Both the position numbers and the translations under genes were made by a program. A stretch of 64,000 nucleotides of DNA. It comes from Nitrosopumilaceae archaeon. GTDB taxonomy: Archaea > Thermoproteota > Nitrososphaeria > Nitrososphaerales > Nitrosopumilaceae. Numbering within the stretch: position 1 is the first letter of the stretch; every line of letters starts with the position of its first letter. The notes beneath the pieces were generated by a model. The model saw nothing but the letters and a program-made list of their open reading frames with translations. It searched no databases and was not told the DNA's origin. Location of the stretch: NCBI GenBank assembly GCA_965200155.1, contig CBDATR010000024.1, positions 32,001-96,000 of the forward strand, given 5' to 3'. Positions 21,949 through 31,381 of the stretch are shown here, in pieces.

Positions 21949-22584
21949 ATGCTAAGGGATCTGCCTCTCAAGCTGGAATATCGCAGTGATGTTGATGACA
22001 TACTTCGTGATTTTTTCTATCCTTGCCTCGAGCAATGTAGTTTGTATTACGAATGTATAAACAAGTTCTCGTTAGATATGCTGATGTCGCTGATAGCACA
22101 CTATAAGCATTTTGCTGCTGGTGATGTTGTAATGAAGATAGTCATGGGTTATAGATTGGATATAAAAGATATTAACACACTGGCTAATATTTATTCTGGA
22201 AATATAAGCAACTCCAAGAATGCAGATAACTTGCGTGTGATTTCAAATCTTTTACAGACAGAAACACTACGATTACGTGTCGCCATTACTGATTTACTGG
22301 ATGAAAATAGTGGCTTTGAGCGCACTGGTATAATTGGAGATAGTAATGGGGATTACGTGGTATTTATTAATGCAGGCAAAGAGTTGTTCCATAAAAAATA
22401 TGAGAATTTTGAGATCGTGGATGTGTTTACCTCGTGGTCTGATACAGACCGAGCCAACCTTAAGATGAAAATGTTTGATCAATTATGGAATAATGAACTA
22501 AAGCACGCTCAAGTGTATGATTATGATTATGCCACAAAATACAACATACTAAAATATGATTTGGATTGGGTCATAAACGATTGA
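21949..22584 (+). CDS. Stand-alone PLD-like domain resembling the N-terminus of SF2/restriction-type helicases
   Basis: LKLEYRSDVDDILRDFFYPCL...ENFEIVDVFTSW...FDQLWNN; HxK motif appears degenerate. Confidence 0.6.
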   Translation: MLRDLPLKLEYRSDVDDILRDFFYPCLEQCSLYYECINKFSLDMLMSLIAHYKHFAAGDVVMKIVMGYRLDIKDINTLANIYSGNISNSKNADNLRVISNLLQTETLRLRVAITDLLDENSGFERTGIIGDSNGDYVVFINAGKELFHKKYENFEIVDVFTSWSDTDRANLKMKMFDQLWNNELKHAQVYDYDYATKYNILKYDLDWVIND

Positions 22585-22597
22585 CTACGTTAATTGT

Positions 22598-23001
22598 GTA
22601 TGAGTTCACGTGTTTTGATCATATAATAAGATAGAATACATCCTAGTTTTTTAATTATAATTGCATTCTGGCAGCAACCTCGTTCATTACAGAAAGGCCC
22701 TGAGCCCTCCATGTCCGAACACATATGGACATGCGGCGCATGGCCCTTTCACCACCCTTTATCTGGCCACTAATCTTGCGGAATACCACCGCGTATCGCA
22801 GAGTCTGCTCCGCTGGATTGTTGGTGGGCTCCACACTGTCATATTCTAGGAATACGAACATGCCTGGTATGGCCTTATTCAATCCTTTTGTATGAGTTCA
22901 CCTGTGTCTAAATTTACGCACAACTGATCGCGACAGTTAGTGTGATTTGTGCACAAGATTCCGGAAGACGTTAACTCATACATCCTTTTACCTTCTTTTG
23001 C
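22598..23001 (-). mobile_element. IS66 right-end fragment (inverted)
   Basis: TIR GTATGAGTTCACGTGTTTTGATCATATAATAAG; encodes VEPTNNPAEQTLRYAVVFRKISG. Confidence 0.9.
22890..22981 (-). mobile_element. 92-bp MITE, copy 9, inside the IS66 fragment
   Basis: TIRs; TSD ATCCTTTT. Confidence 0.95.
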
Positions 23002-23250
23002 GTATGAGTTCACGTGTTTTGATCATTCACTAAGATATAGATTGGTATGACAATATTTTGCTTAAATACCAAATTTGTGATAAGAATCTAATGAGAAGAC
23101 GCCTGTCCTATAAGGAATTGGAACTGAAAAATAAGCTTCTTCAGGATACCCTTGCGTCTACCAAGAAAGAACTTGCACATTACAAGGCAGGGGCCATGGG
23201 CCGCCTTGTCCTACGTCTTGCGGCTACCGATAAAGATCTTGCACATTATA
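23002..23250 (+). mobile_element. IS66 left-end fragment
   Basis: Left TIR and MRRRLSYKELELKNKLLQDTLAST, truncated. Confidence 0.88.
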
Positions 23251-23505
23251 CCTTATGCGCATGATTGACAATAACAGCCCATGTTGCTTCAAACTGGGGT
23301 GTATTTTATGGCACACAATCAGTCAAGCATGAACAATGTGAATGGCACCTGCCAGCACTAACGTATGCCGTGATTGCAAATGTCATGTAGTGGGGTGACC
23401 GGATCTTGATGACGTATATCATGAGTGAGCTAAATGGTTACCACAAAACCCATTAATTTAGTGGATTTTCTGATGAGTAATATTCGAATTATAATAACAC
23501 GGAAA

Positions 23506-24272
23506 TTATGGACAGATATTTTTCAAAAATTTCTTGTATCTGGTATGCTTGTGCATAATGTGTAAATTATGCAACCCGGATACTACGAGTAGATCTTCCC
23601 GGAATTCCTCACGACTACCATCATATACCTGACTTAATCTACGATATACCTTTAGCATTCGAATTACATTCTCGATTAATATGCGCCTTTTTGATACATA
23701 TTGGCTGTATTTCCTTTCAGTTTTAGTGAGTGATTCCCTACCCCTGTATGGAATTATGACCTTTGCGCCGGGTAGGAAGTCTTTCATCCCCTGGTATCCT
23801 GCATCTGCTATTACTGTTATCTTATCGGATGGTGGCGTGGTTGATTCTTTTAGGGACTTGCCCCATTTGCCGCCAAGGGGAATATCATTCTTGAATATGC
23901 CATAATCGTGTCTTTTTCCCTCATATACTCCACTTACGTGAATTATCAGTCTTTTCTTGTTTGATGTTATCTGTACGTTATACGTGTGGGTTTTTTGTTT
24001 ACCAGAGTACATGTATGAGTTCACCTGTGTCTAAATTTACGCATAACTGATCGCGACAGTTAATGTGATTTGTGCATAAGATTCCAGAAGACGTGAACTC
24101 ATACGAGTACATTGCCTCCTGATTTTTTTCAGGACGTTGTACGCGTACATGTGTCCCGTCAGTCTTTATCTCCCCTCCGGCTCGACCGGGAACAATTTCC
24201 TTAAAGTCGGGTGTTGACTTGATTTGTGATATTGCTTTTGCAACGGTATCGGCCGTTGGAAGTATCTTGATC
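23506..24272 (-). pseudogene. IS5-family (DDE_Tnp_4-like) transposase, interrupted and truncated by MITEs
   Basis: TDGTHVRVQRP...MYSGKQKTH...HDY...ADAGYQG...RILIEN; removing MITE copy 10 and one TSD restores the frame. Confidence 0.85.
24013..24104 (-). mobile_element. 92-bp MITE, copy 10
   Basis: TIRs; TSD GAGTACAT. Confidence 0.95.
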
Positions 24273-24364
24273 GTATGAGTTCACGTCTTCCGGAATCTTG
24301 TGCACAAATCACATTAACTGTCGCGATCAGTTGTGCGTAAATTTAGACACAGGTGAACTCATAC
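24273..24364 (+). mobile_element. 92-bp MITE, copy 11 (no TSD)
   Basis: TIRs; flanks TCTTGATC / TCAAGATG differ. Confidence 0.93.
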
Positions 24365-24546
24365 TCAAGATGTTTGATCTGGCCTTTGAGGAAGTCCATT
24401 GTATTGCCAAGCATAATCTTGTATCAAAATGCTTTGTTTTAGAAAGTTAATTTATTGTTTAGCTTGCATAACCGCAATTGAGCTAAATGCTTAATTTATT
24501 TGAGATAACAGCAAAACTAAAATACAAAACAAGTTGTACATGTTGT

Positions 24547-24933
24547 ATGAGTACTGAAACAATGAGCATATTAGCTATTGTAAAAGAATTAGCACAAGAG
24601 TTAGAACTGCTTAAGCAAATAGTGAATAAAAATGAGGCCGAAAAATCCACGCCAAAGCGACGTGGAAGACCGCCAAAATCCCAGACTGCTGCCGCCGCTG
24701 ATACTACTGTACCAAAGCGACGTGGAAGACCGCCAAAATCCCAGACTGCTGCCGCCGCTGATACTACTGTACCAAAGCGACGTGGAAGACCGCCAAAATC
24801 CCAGACTGCTGCCGCCGCTGATACTACTGTACCAAAGCGACGTGGAAGACCGCCAAAATCCCAGACTGCTGCCGCCGCTGATACTACTGTACCAAAGCGA
24901 CGTGGAAGACCGCCAAAATCCCAGACTGCGTGA
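24547..24933 (+). CDS. Coiled-coil plus five AT-hook repeat protein
   Basis: N-terminal amphipathic helix followed by 5x PKRRGRPPK; start inferred. Confidence 0.75.
   Translation: MSTETMSILAIVKELAQELELLKQIVNKNEAEKSTPKRRGRPPKSQTAAAADTTVPKRRGRPPKSQTAAAADTTVPKRRGRPPKSQTAAAADTTVPKRRGRPPKSQTAAAADTTVPKRRGRPPKSQTA
24652..24929 (+). repeat. Perfect 60-bp tandem repeat, about 4.6 copies
   Basis: Unit CCAAAGCGACGTGGAAGACCGCCAAAATCCCAGACTGCTGCCGCCGCTGATACTACTGTA. Confidence 0.97.
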
Positions 24934-25093
24934 ATTGTACCTGTAAGATGTGCACTGTTTTTTAGCATAAAGTCATAGACTATGAACATTATGCAAATAG
25001 GTCCACAAAGCGATCACGAAAAAATTCATCCCAACGTGGTTCTTCTAGTATATTTGTACAATCTCTCATACTTACGCGCACACTTGTTGTGTA

Positions 25094-25185
25094 GTATGAG
25101 TTCACGTCTTCCGGAATCTTGTGCACAAATCACATTAACTGTCGCGATCAGTTGTGCGTAAATTTAGACACAGGTGAACTCATAC
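25094..25185 (+). mobile_element. 92-bp MITE, copy 12 (no TSD)
   Basis: TIRs; flanks GTTGTGTA / TTATGATG differ. Confidence 0.93.
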
Positions 25186-25309
25186 TTATGATGTACTGTC
25201 TTGATTACTCTGTTATTCTCTTTACCATAGCCTTTCGTGGTTGGTGCAATCTGAAATAGTCAGCTACTGTACGCCGGATCCTAAACGGACTTACTTTTCG
25301 TACTATTGA
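25186..25309 (-). mobile_element. Left-end remnant of the IS481-like element
   Basis: Reverse complement matches 61022-61137 (TCAATAGTACGAAAAGTAAGTCC...). Confidence 0.85.
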
Positions 25310-25777
25310 GCCAATATTGTCAGATGTTGTGTAGATGACTTTAATATAATCAAAGTCTCTGCTGTACCATGGGTCGTCACCGTGCCTATCCACTCATTGT
25401 ACTTTGCCATCCCCAATTTGATTTCCTGCACTGGAGATTATGCACATAGGTTAGGGAATCCTCGATAGTGATGGACTTTGCGCGTGATCATTTTTAACTT
25501 AGCTATTTTACAAGCCTATTTGCATAATATCCTACGACTGTTATATAAGAATGGATAAAAATTCACAAACTGTATCTTACAGATACGATTTTTATCTATT
25601 TTTATTGAGTTATGCAACAAATTCGTATATCTTCACATGTGTCCAAATTTACGCACGATCAATAGTAGCAGTTTATACAAATACGTGAACTTGTACGTTG
25701 TGTAAGTTCGACTGTGCCTGAATGTATACATCACGATTGGTCTAAATCGAAAGCTGTGAGCTCATACAAAAACTGCA

Positions 25778-25869
25778 GTATGAGTTCACCTGTGTCTAAA
25801 TTTACGCATAACTGATCGCGACAGTTAATGTGATTTGTGCATAAGATTCCGGAAGACGTGAACTCATAC
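25778..25869 (-). mobile_element. 92-bp MITE, copy 13
   Basis: TIRs; TSD AAACTGCA. Confidence 0.95.
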
Positions 25870-26056
25870 AAACTGCATGCATAATCTATGAATTTAATTA
25901 AAAACACAGATGAAAACTCAAAGGTCTGGCGTATATGGAGACTGTTTTGCTTAACCTGGACATGTTGCAGATCACAAGAACGCTACTACTGATGGTGTCC
26001 GAATACTGCCCGCCTACGAATAATCCTAGTACTACAATCTAATCCAGTTCAGATCC

Positions 26057-26148
26057 GTATGAGTTCACCTGTGTCTAAATTTACGCATAACTGATCGCGA
26101 CAGTTAATGTGATTTGTGCATAAGATTCCGGAAGACGTGAACTCATAC
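26057..26148 (-). mobile_element. 92-bp MITE, copy 14
   Basis: TIRs; TSD TCAGATCC. Confidence 0.95.
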
Positions 26149-26244
26149 TCAGATCCTGCATTTGTCCAAAATATAAAATTAAACATAATAACAGAATTAT
26201 TGCGATGGGTGATGATTGCGTGTTGCTAAAACCACTCATAATAA

Positions 26245-26336
26245 GTATGAGTTCACCTGTGTCTAAATTTACGCACAACTGATCGCGACAGTTAATGTGA
26301 TTTGTGCACAAGATTCCGGAAGACGTGAACTCATAC
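26245..26336 (-). mobile_element. 92-bp MITE, copy 15
   Basis: TIRs; TSD CATAATAA. Confidence 0.95.
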
Positions 26337-26411
26337 CATAATAATGCTATTAGTTGTGTAGTAATTTATGCAAATTCCCTACACTATGGATTATACATAT
26401 GGGCATACAAA

Positions 26412-26501
26412 ATATGAGTTCATTACTATCTAAATTTACACACGACTGATCGTAACTATTGGTACGGTTCACGTGTGATTGGCGAATGCGTGAACTCATA
26501 C
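26412..26501 (-). mobile_element. Degenerate older MITE of the same family
   Basis: ATATGAGTTCA...TCTAAATTTACACACGACTGATCG...GTGAACTCATAC, 90 bp. Confidence 0.7.
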
Positions 26502-26811
26502 TAGAAAACAACAAAGTTCAAAACGTTTACACACAGAATCCATTGTGGATTTCCCGATATATTTGGATGTTCTTAACTATGGACAAAGTGCGGATCGGCG
26601 TTTTGTGTGATTTATGACAAACGGGTGGCACGAGTTTCTGTATCTCTCAATCTGGTGCTCAAATTATATTGATGGCCACGATCTGTTGCGCATAAATTTA
26701 GGCATGAATGAACTCTTACATTCTGAAATTACGTGACATTTGTATACAGCTCGTACTCTATCAACTTGTTCTAACTGTGTGATGATATTTACAACACAAT
26801 CATTGATACTC

Positions 26812-26903
26812 GTATGAGTTCACGTCTTCCGGAATCTTATGCACAAATCACATTAACTGTCGCGATCAGTTGTGCGTAAATTTAGACACAGGTGAACTCA
26901 TAC
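26812..26903 (+). mobile_element. 92-bp MITE, copy 16
   Basis: TIRs; TSD TGATACTC. Confidence 0.95.
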
Positions 26904-26935
26904 TGATACTCTACAACAATGCACTTTGTATAGAG

Positions 26936-27046
26936 ATGCATTGCCGTGCGCGGTTATAGTCAAGTCTATGTGTATATGGGATTGGTGCGACGTGTCATGC
27001 CGGTAAGTGAATGCATTGCCGTGCGCGGTTATAGTCAAGTCTATGT
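26936..27046. repeat. Two identical 36-bp direct repeats separated by 39 bp
   Basis: ATGCATTGCCGTGCGCGGTTATAGTCAAGTCTATGT at 26936-26971 and 27011-27046. Confidence 0.9.
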
Positions 27047-27080
27047 ATTTGGGAACTGCGTTATTACTAGCTCCAATAAC

Positions 27081-27493
27081 GTATGAGTTCACGTCTTCCG
27101 GAATCTTATGCACAAATCACATTAACTGTCACGATCAGTTATGCGTAAATTTAGACACAGGTGAACTCATACGAGCGGAAAGCTAAGGAAGGGGAGCAGA
27201 CAAGTACTGGATCCACAAGAAAGGCTGACAGTCAGGCGAGACACAAGGGCGTCTCCCGTAAACGTAACCCCGATAGAATTACGCATCACATGAGGGCGAT
27301 AACCTGGTATGCGACTGCAGTAAAATAATGACAGTAATTGGTATAAAATCGCGATACGTGACGCATTTAATACCGGCCAGGACAGGATATTCGTATGAGT
27401 TCACGTCTTCCGGAATCTTATGCACAAATCACATTAACTAGAACAACCTGTTCCATCAGTTATGTGTAAATTTAGACACAGGTGAACTCACAC
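27081..27493 (+). mobile_element. Composite MITE transposon: copy 17 (27081-27172), 220-bp cargo, 101-bp variant copy 18 (27393-27493)
   Basis: 8-bp TSD CCAATAAC occurs only outside the pair; cargo encodes an IS66-like fragment (RHKGVSRKRNPDRITHH). Confidence 0.9.
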
Positions 27494-27566
27494 CCAATAA
27501 CCGTGCTCCGTGATGGGCACAATATGCTGATGTTAATGTTTTTTAAACCCACCTGAATAGACTTGG

Positions 27567-28259
27567 GTGTTGTCAGAAGCTAATAGTGAAGATGCGCCGG
27601 TATCCCCTGAGGAGTCCGAATCCAGTACCGTGATTCCCAGTGAAGATGAGGCTCTGGAAGATGAAGATGTAGTAGGGGATGATTTGGCATATGATACGGA
27701 TGTGCCCTTGGAGGATAGCTCTGATCCCGATGCAACCGTAACAAAAGAGGTCTCCCCAGAGTTGCGCGAGAGGATAGACACAATGCTGGCAGAAAGGGAC
27801 GCGGAGATAGCCCAAGCCGAGCAAGAGCCTGATGCAAAACCCGAAAAATGGGGAATTGCACACATATTTAGCAGTTTTAACAACACGATTATTCACCTAA
27901 CTGATCTGACTGGAGCGGAGACCATAGCCATTAGTTCCGGCGGTAAGCATTCCAGCGCAGACCGTTATGAATCCTCGCCCTTTGCTGCCATGAAAGCTGC
28001 CAATGCCGTAGTAGACGTTGCCAAATCCCGCGGTTTTACCGGATTTCATATACGCGTGAGAGCAGTCGGAGGCGTAGGATCCAGAGTTCCCGGACCCGGT
28101 GCACAGGCAGCCATTAGGGCGCTTGCGCGCGCAACAACTAATAGAGAAGAAGATGGTACTGAGGGCGGTGCCTTCATGATTGGTAGAATTGACGATGTTA
28201 CCCCCATACCTCATGACACCACCAGAAAGAAAGGTGGCAAGCGGGGACGAAGGGTTTAG
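27567..28259 (+). CDS. rps11: 30S ribosomal protein uS11 with acidic N-terminal extension
   Basis: [53 protein letters not shown]. Confidence 0.96.
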   Translation: MLSEANSEDAPVSPEESESSTVIPSEDEALEDEDVVGDDLAYDTDVPLEDSSDPDATVTKEVSPELRERIDTMLAERDAEIAQAEQEPDAKPEKWGIAHIFSSFNNTIIHLTDLTGAETIAISSGGKHSSADRYESSPFAAMKAANAVVDVAKSRGFTGFHIRVRAVGGVGSRVPGPGAQAAIRALARATTNREEDGTEGGAFMIGRIDDVTPIPHDTTRKKGGKRGRRV

Positions 28260-28561
28260 TCTAATTTCACGCTGACTTTACAACCTTTTGCATGCAGGTA
28301 GTCCTGCATAAATTTGGCAAACTTGGTGTCAGGTTTATCCCATCTGTACTTGTTTATCATGTCTGCAAACCTGTCCTCTATACCCTGTTGCAGTTGCGGC
28401 TTGAAGGTTACCATAAAGAATGACCATCCAAACTTGTATGAGGGCTCGCTCATCACATATCCGTTATGCGCGGAGAGCAGGGTCTCCATTTGTGATAGAG
28501 CCTTCTTGAACAGCACCACATCGTTGGCATAATCCCTGCTACCTATCTGTAGTGTTACCAT
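28256..28561 (-). CDS. Hypothetical protein
   Basis: [20 protein letters not shown]...; start inferred. Confidence 0.7.
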   Translation of the reverse strand: MVTLQIGSRDYANDVVLFKKALSQMETLLSAHNGYVMSEPSYKFGWSFFMVTFKPQLQQGIEDRFADMINKYRWDKPDTKFAKFMQDYLHAKGCKVSVKLD

Positions 28562-28643
28562 TGTACTAATTTCACCATGCGTAACCGTATGGCGCTTTAT
28601 AAAAACGATGGATGCCGGCACAACTCAAAATCGGCCTCCTGTG

Positions 28644-28997
28644 TCACTTTTGTGAACTGCCAAGCTTCTCTGATAGTGGTAATTTCTTTCCGTCTCGCTC
28701 CACTCTTATGCTAGTCTGCATCCTGACATATATGCCCATGAGACGCAGCAGATAAAGTAACTGCCCACCGTCCACACTGCGTAGTTCCTTAGATGATACC
28801 ATGGCGGCTATTCTGGGAATAGCCTTGGCTGTCCTGTCGGGAAACTGTCTTTCCGCGTTCTCTAGAACTTCCAATCCTCGGTATCCGAGGGCTGACACCA
28901 GTATGTCCCGGGGGGTTTTGGATTCAGGCTTTGCGGCGCGTTGTTGGAGGGCGGCCAATTTTTTGGCCATTATGCGGTCCAAATCATCGTCGCTCAT
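28644..28997 (-). CDS. PDCD5-like dsDNA-binding protein
   Basis: DDLDRIMAKKLAALQ N-terminus; coupled to the rtcB stop. Confidence 0.7.
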   Translation of the reverse strand: MSDDDLDRIMAKKLAALQQRAAKPESKTPRDILVSALGYRGLEVLENAERQFPDRTAKAIPRIAAMVSSKELRSVDGGQLLYLLRLMGIYVRMQTSIRVERDGKKLPLSEKLGSSQK

Positions 28998-30436
28998 CCC
29001 TTTATCACTCCTATGGGAACCAAGCGAGCGACTTTGGTCGCAATGCCCAAATCGTGGGATACTTCCACTACCGAGTCTACATCCTTGTATGCCTGGGGGG
29101 CCTCCTCCACTACGCCGTCACGGGTCATGGACTTTACAAATATGCCCCTTGCATTGAGAGACTGGCGTATCTCAGTGTCGCTATAGTTGCGGCGAGCCTT
29201 TGAGCGTGACATGGTTCTACCCGCACCATGAGCCGTGGAGCCAAAGCTAAGGCTCATTGAATCGTTGCGCCCTAAAAGAATCCAACTTGCAGTACCCATT
29301 GAGCCGGGTATAAGTACCGGCTGCCCTATGTCGCGATATCGTTCCTGAACCTCTGGTCTATTAGCAGGAAAGGCCCGGGTGGCACCCTTGCGGTGCACTA
29401 CCACTTTGCGATCCTCCCCGTCTATTCTGTGGGTCTCAACTTTTGCAATGTTGTGCGCAACATCGTATACCATATCCATTTCAAGATCCGACTCGGACAT
29501 TTGAAATACACGTTCAAATGACTTGCGTGTCCAGTGCGTTATAATCTGGCGATTACTCCAGGCAAAGTTCAGTGCTGCAAACATAGCCTTGCGGTATGAG
29601 TCGCCCTCCTCCGAGTTGTTGGGCACACATGCCAATTCCCTGTCGGGCAGCTGTATATCGTACTTTTTCAGGGCACGCTCAGATACTCTGAGATAGTCGC
29701 TGCATACCTGATGGCCAAAGCCCCGGGAACCACAATGTATCAGAACGGTTATCATGCCTTCCCGTATCCCCATCCTCTCTGCCGCGTCTGCATCATGTAC
29801 TTGGTCCACTTTTTGTATCTCCAAAAAGTGATTCCCAGATCCCAAACTACCTAGTTGTGGGGCGCCGCGCTTTCGGGCCCGATCAGACACCTTGCCCGGA
29901 TCCGCTCCAAGAATCATTCCATTCTCCTCGCAAACATCGGCATCATTCGTGGAACCGTAACCGTGGGATATGGCCCAGTTCACTCCCTGTACCAGTACCT
30001 CGTCCAATTGGGAGCCGGATAACTTGATCGCCCCCTTGGAACCAACACCAGACGGGATGGATGAAAACAAGTCCATTACCATGTCCCTCAGTCTGGGTCT
30101 TAGTGAGGACTCGTCCAAGTTGCTTTTTAGCAGTCGCACCCCGCAGTTTATGTCATAACCGACACCGCCGGGACTTATCATGCCCTCTTCTGCATCCATG
30201 GCGGCAACACCCCCTACAGGAAAACCGTACCCTTCATGCCCGTCCGGCAGTACGACACCGTGGCTCAGTATGCCGGGTATGGATGCTACATTACAGGCCT
30301 GACGCAGAGTACGGTCTTGGGTCATTTTTGATATGAGTGCGTCATTGGCATATACTCTTACGGGCACCTTCATGTTTAGGGCCGGTTCTGCCTCAATGAG
30401 GTACTGTCCTTTCCCGATCTTTTTTGGAGTGTGCAT
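28994..30436 (-). CDS. rtcB: RNA-splicing ligase RtcB
   Basis: LPDGHEGYGFPVG, GYDINCGVR, GSGNHFLE, HCGSRG, HRKGAT, STAHGAGR, EEAPQAYK motifs. Confidence 0.97.
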   Translation of the reverse strand: MHTPKKIGKGQYLIEAEPALNMKVPVRVYANDALISKMTQDRTLRQACNVASIPGILSHGVVLPDGHEGYGFPVGGVAAMDAEEGMISPGGVGYDINCGVRLLKSNLDESSLRPRLRDMVMDLFSSIPSGVGSKGAIKLSGSQLDEVLVQGVNWAISHGYGSTNDADVCEENGMILGADPGKVSDRARKRGAPQLGSLGSGNHFLEIQKVDQVHDADAAERMGIREGMITVLIHCGSRGFGHQVCSDYLRVSERALKKYDIQLPDRELACVPNNSEEGDSYRKAMFAALNFAWSNRQIITHWTRKSFERVFQMSESDLEMDMVYDVAHNIAKVETHRIDGEDRKVVVHRKGATRAFPANRPEVQERYRDIGQPVLIPGSMGTASWILLGRNDSMSLSFGSTAHGAGRTMSRSKARRNYSDTEIRQSLNARGIFVKSMTRDGVVEEAPQAYKDVDSVVEVSHDLGIATKVARLVPIGVIKG

Positions 30437-30613
30437 AAAGGATTCAATCACATTATTCAATTTAAACAAATAGGGCCGCCCTGCATTCGCATCTTGGCTA
30501 ATCTAGGTAATTCATTGTGTAAATTTGGGAATGGATAAGCTTGTACTATACGCGAATCTAACAAGATTCAGGAATGCATGAGGTTTTTTAATCACTGCCG
30601 GGTTCACTGTACA

Positions 30614-31105
30614 GTGGCAACTAGGGCGCAGATTCTAATACCGGTGGCCGTTGCCGCAGTAGTGGTTGGCGTGGTTGGCATATTGTCCATACCAAGTGAT
30701 GCCAAGCTGGAATCTGTAGAGTTTCCGCAGGGGACAATTAAGGTGGATGATCATGTACTTCAAGTACAGATAGCGGACACAGAACCACGGCGGGTACGGG
30801 GATTAATGTTCCAGGAGGAGCTCCCATATGATCAGGGCATGATATTCGTATTTGACTCTCCATATACGTACGGTATGTGGATGCTTAACGTACAGTTTCC
30901 CCTGGATATGATATGGTTTGACGAGAATGGCGCGGTAGTACATATGGAACAGAATGTACAACCTTGCATAACGGCCGTCGAGACTATGGCGTGCCCATCG
31001 GTATCCAGCAATGTTCCTGCCCTGTATGTCCTAGAGGTGAAGGCTGGGTTCATACAAGAGTTTGGTATAACTTTTGATTCGCGTCTATCCCTGATATCAA
31101 TATGA
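30614..31105 (+). CDS. DUF192 protein
   Basis: IADT..RVRGLMFQ, GMIFVF, MWMLNVQFPLDMIW, YVLEV motifs. Confidence 0.88.
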   Translation: MATRAQILIPVAVAAVVVGVVGILSIPSDAKLESVEFPQGTIKVDDHVLQVQIADTEPRRVRGLMFQEELPYDQGMIFVFDSPYTYGMWMLNVQFPLDMIWFDENGAVVHMEQNVQPCITAVETMACPSVSSNVPALYVLEVKAGFIQEFGITFDSRLSLISI

Positions 31106-31381
31106 TAAAATACACTTGACAATGTGACAGGGTTTTTGTCCTATACATGACTTAAAAAATTGCATGGTCTTATGTGCAGTATTCTGCCGGATTATTCACT
31201 CACCTGTGCCCAAATTTGCACACGATGAATCCAAAGATTCATGCATGACTGCTAATCCCACACAATGATGCCGATCCGGGGCAAAGTCAACATTCCTATC
31301 TGCCATGTGCGTGAACTTGAGGCACATTCCGAACAACGATACATAAGCCTCATAATGGTGTATCTGAGATTCGTATCATTG

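Noticed and set aside
24483-24989. Antisense 168-aa and alternative-frame 104-aa repeat ORFs
   Set aside because: They are shadows of the stop-free 60-bp repeat; only the RGRP frame matches a known motif.
24273-25185. MITE copies 11 and 12 as a proven composite transposon carrying the AT-hook gene
   Set aside because: The outer flanks TCTTGATC and TTATGATG match at only 5 of 8 positions, so mobilisation as a unit is not shown.
25778-27172. Clustered 92-bp repeats interpreted as a CRISPR array
   Set aside because: Mixed orientation, irregular spacing, TIRs and individual 8-bp TSDs identify them as MITEs; no cas genes are present.
28994-30436. rtcB as a dedicated partner of the carB intron
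   Set aside because: It is a universal archaeal housekeeping ligase about 28 kb away; co-occurrence in the window is not evidence of linkage.
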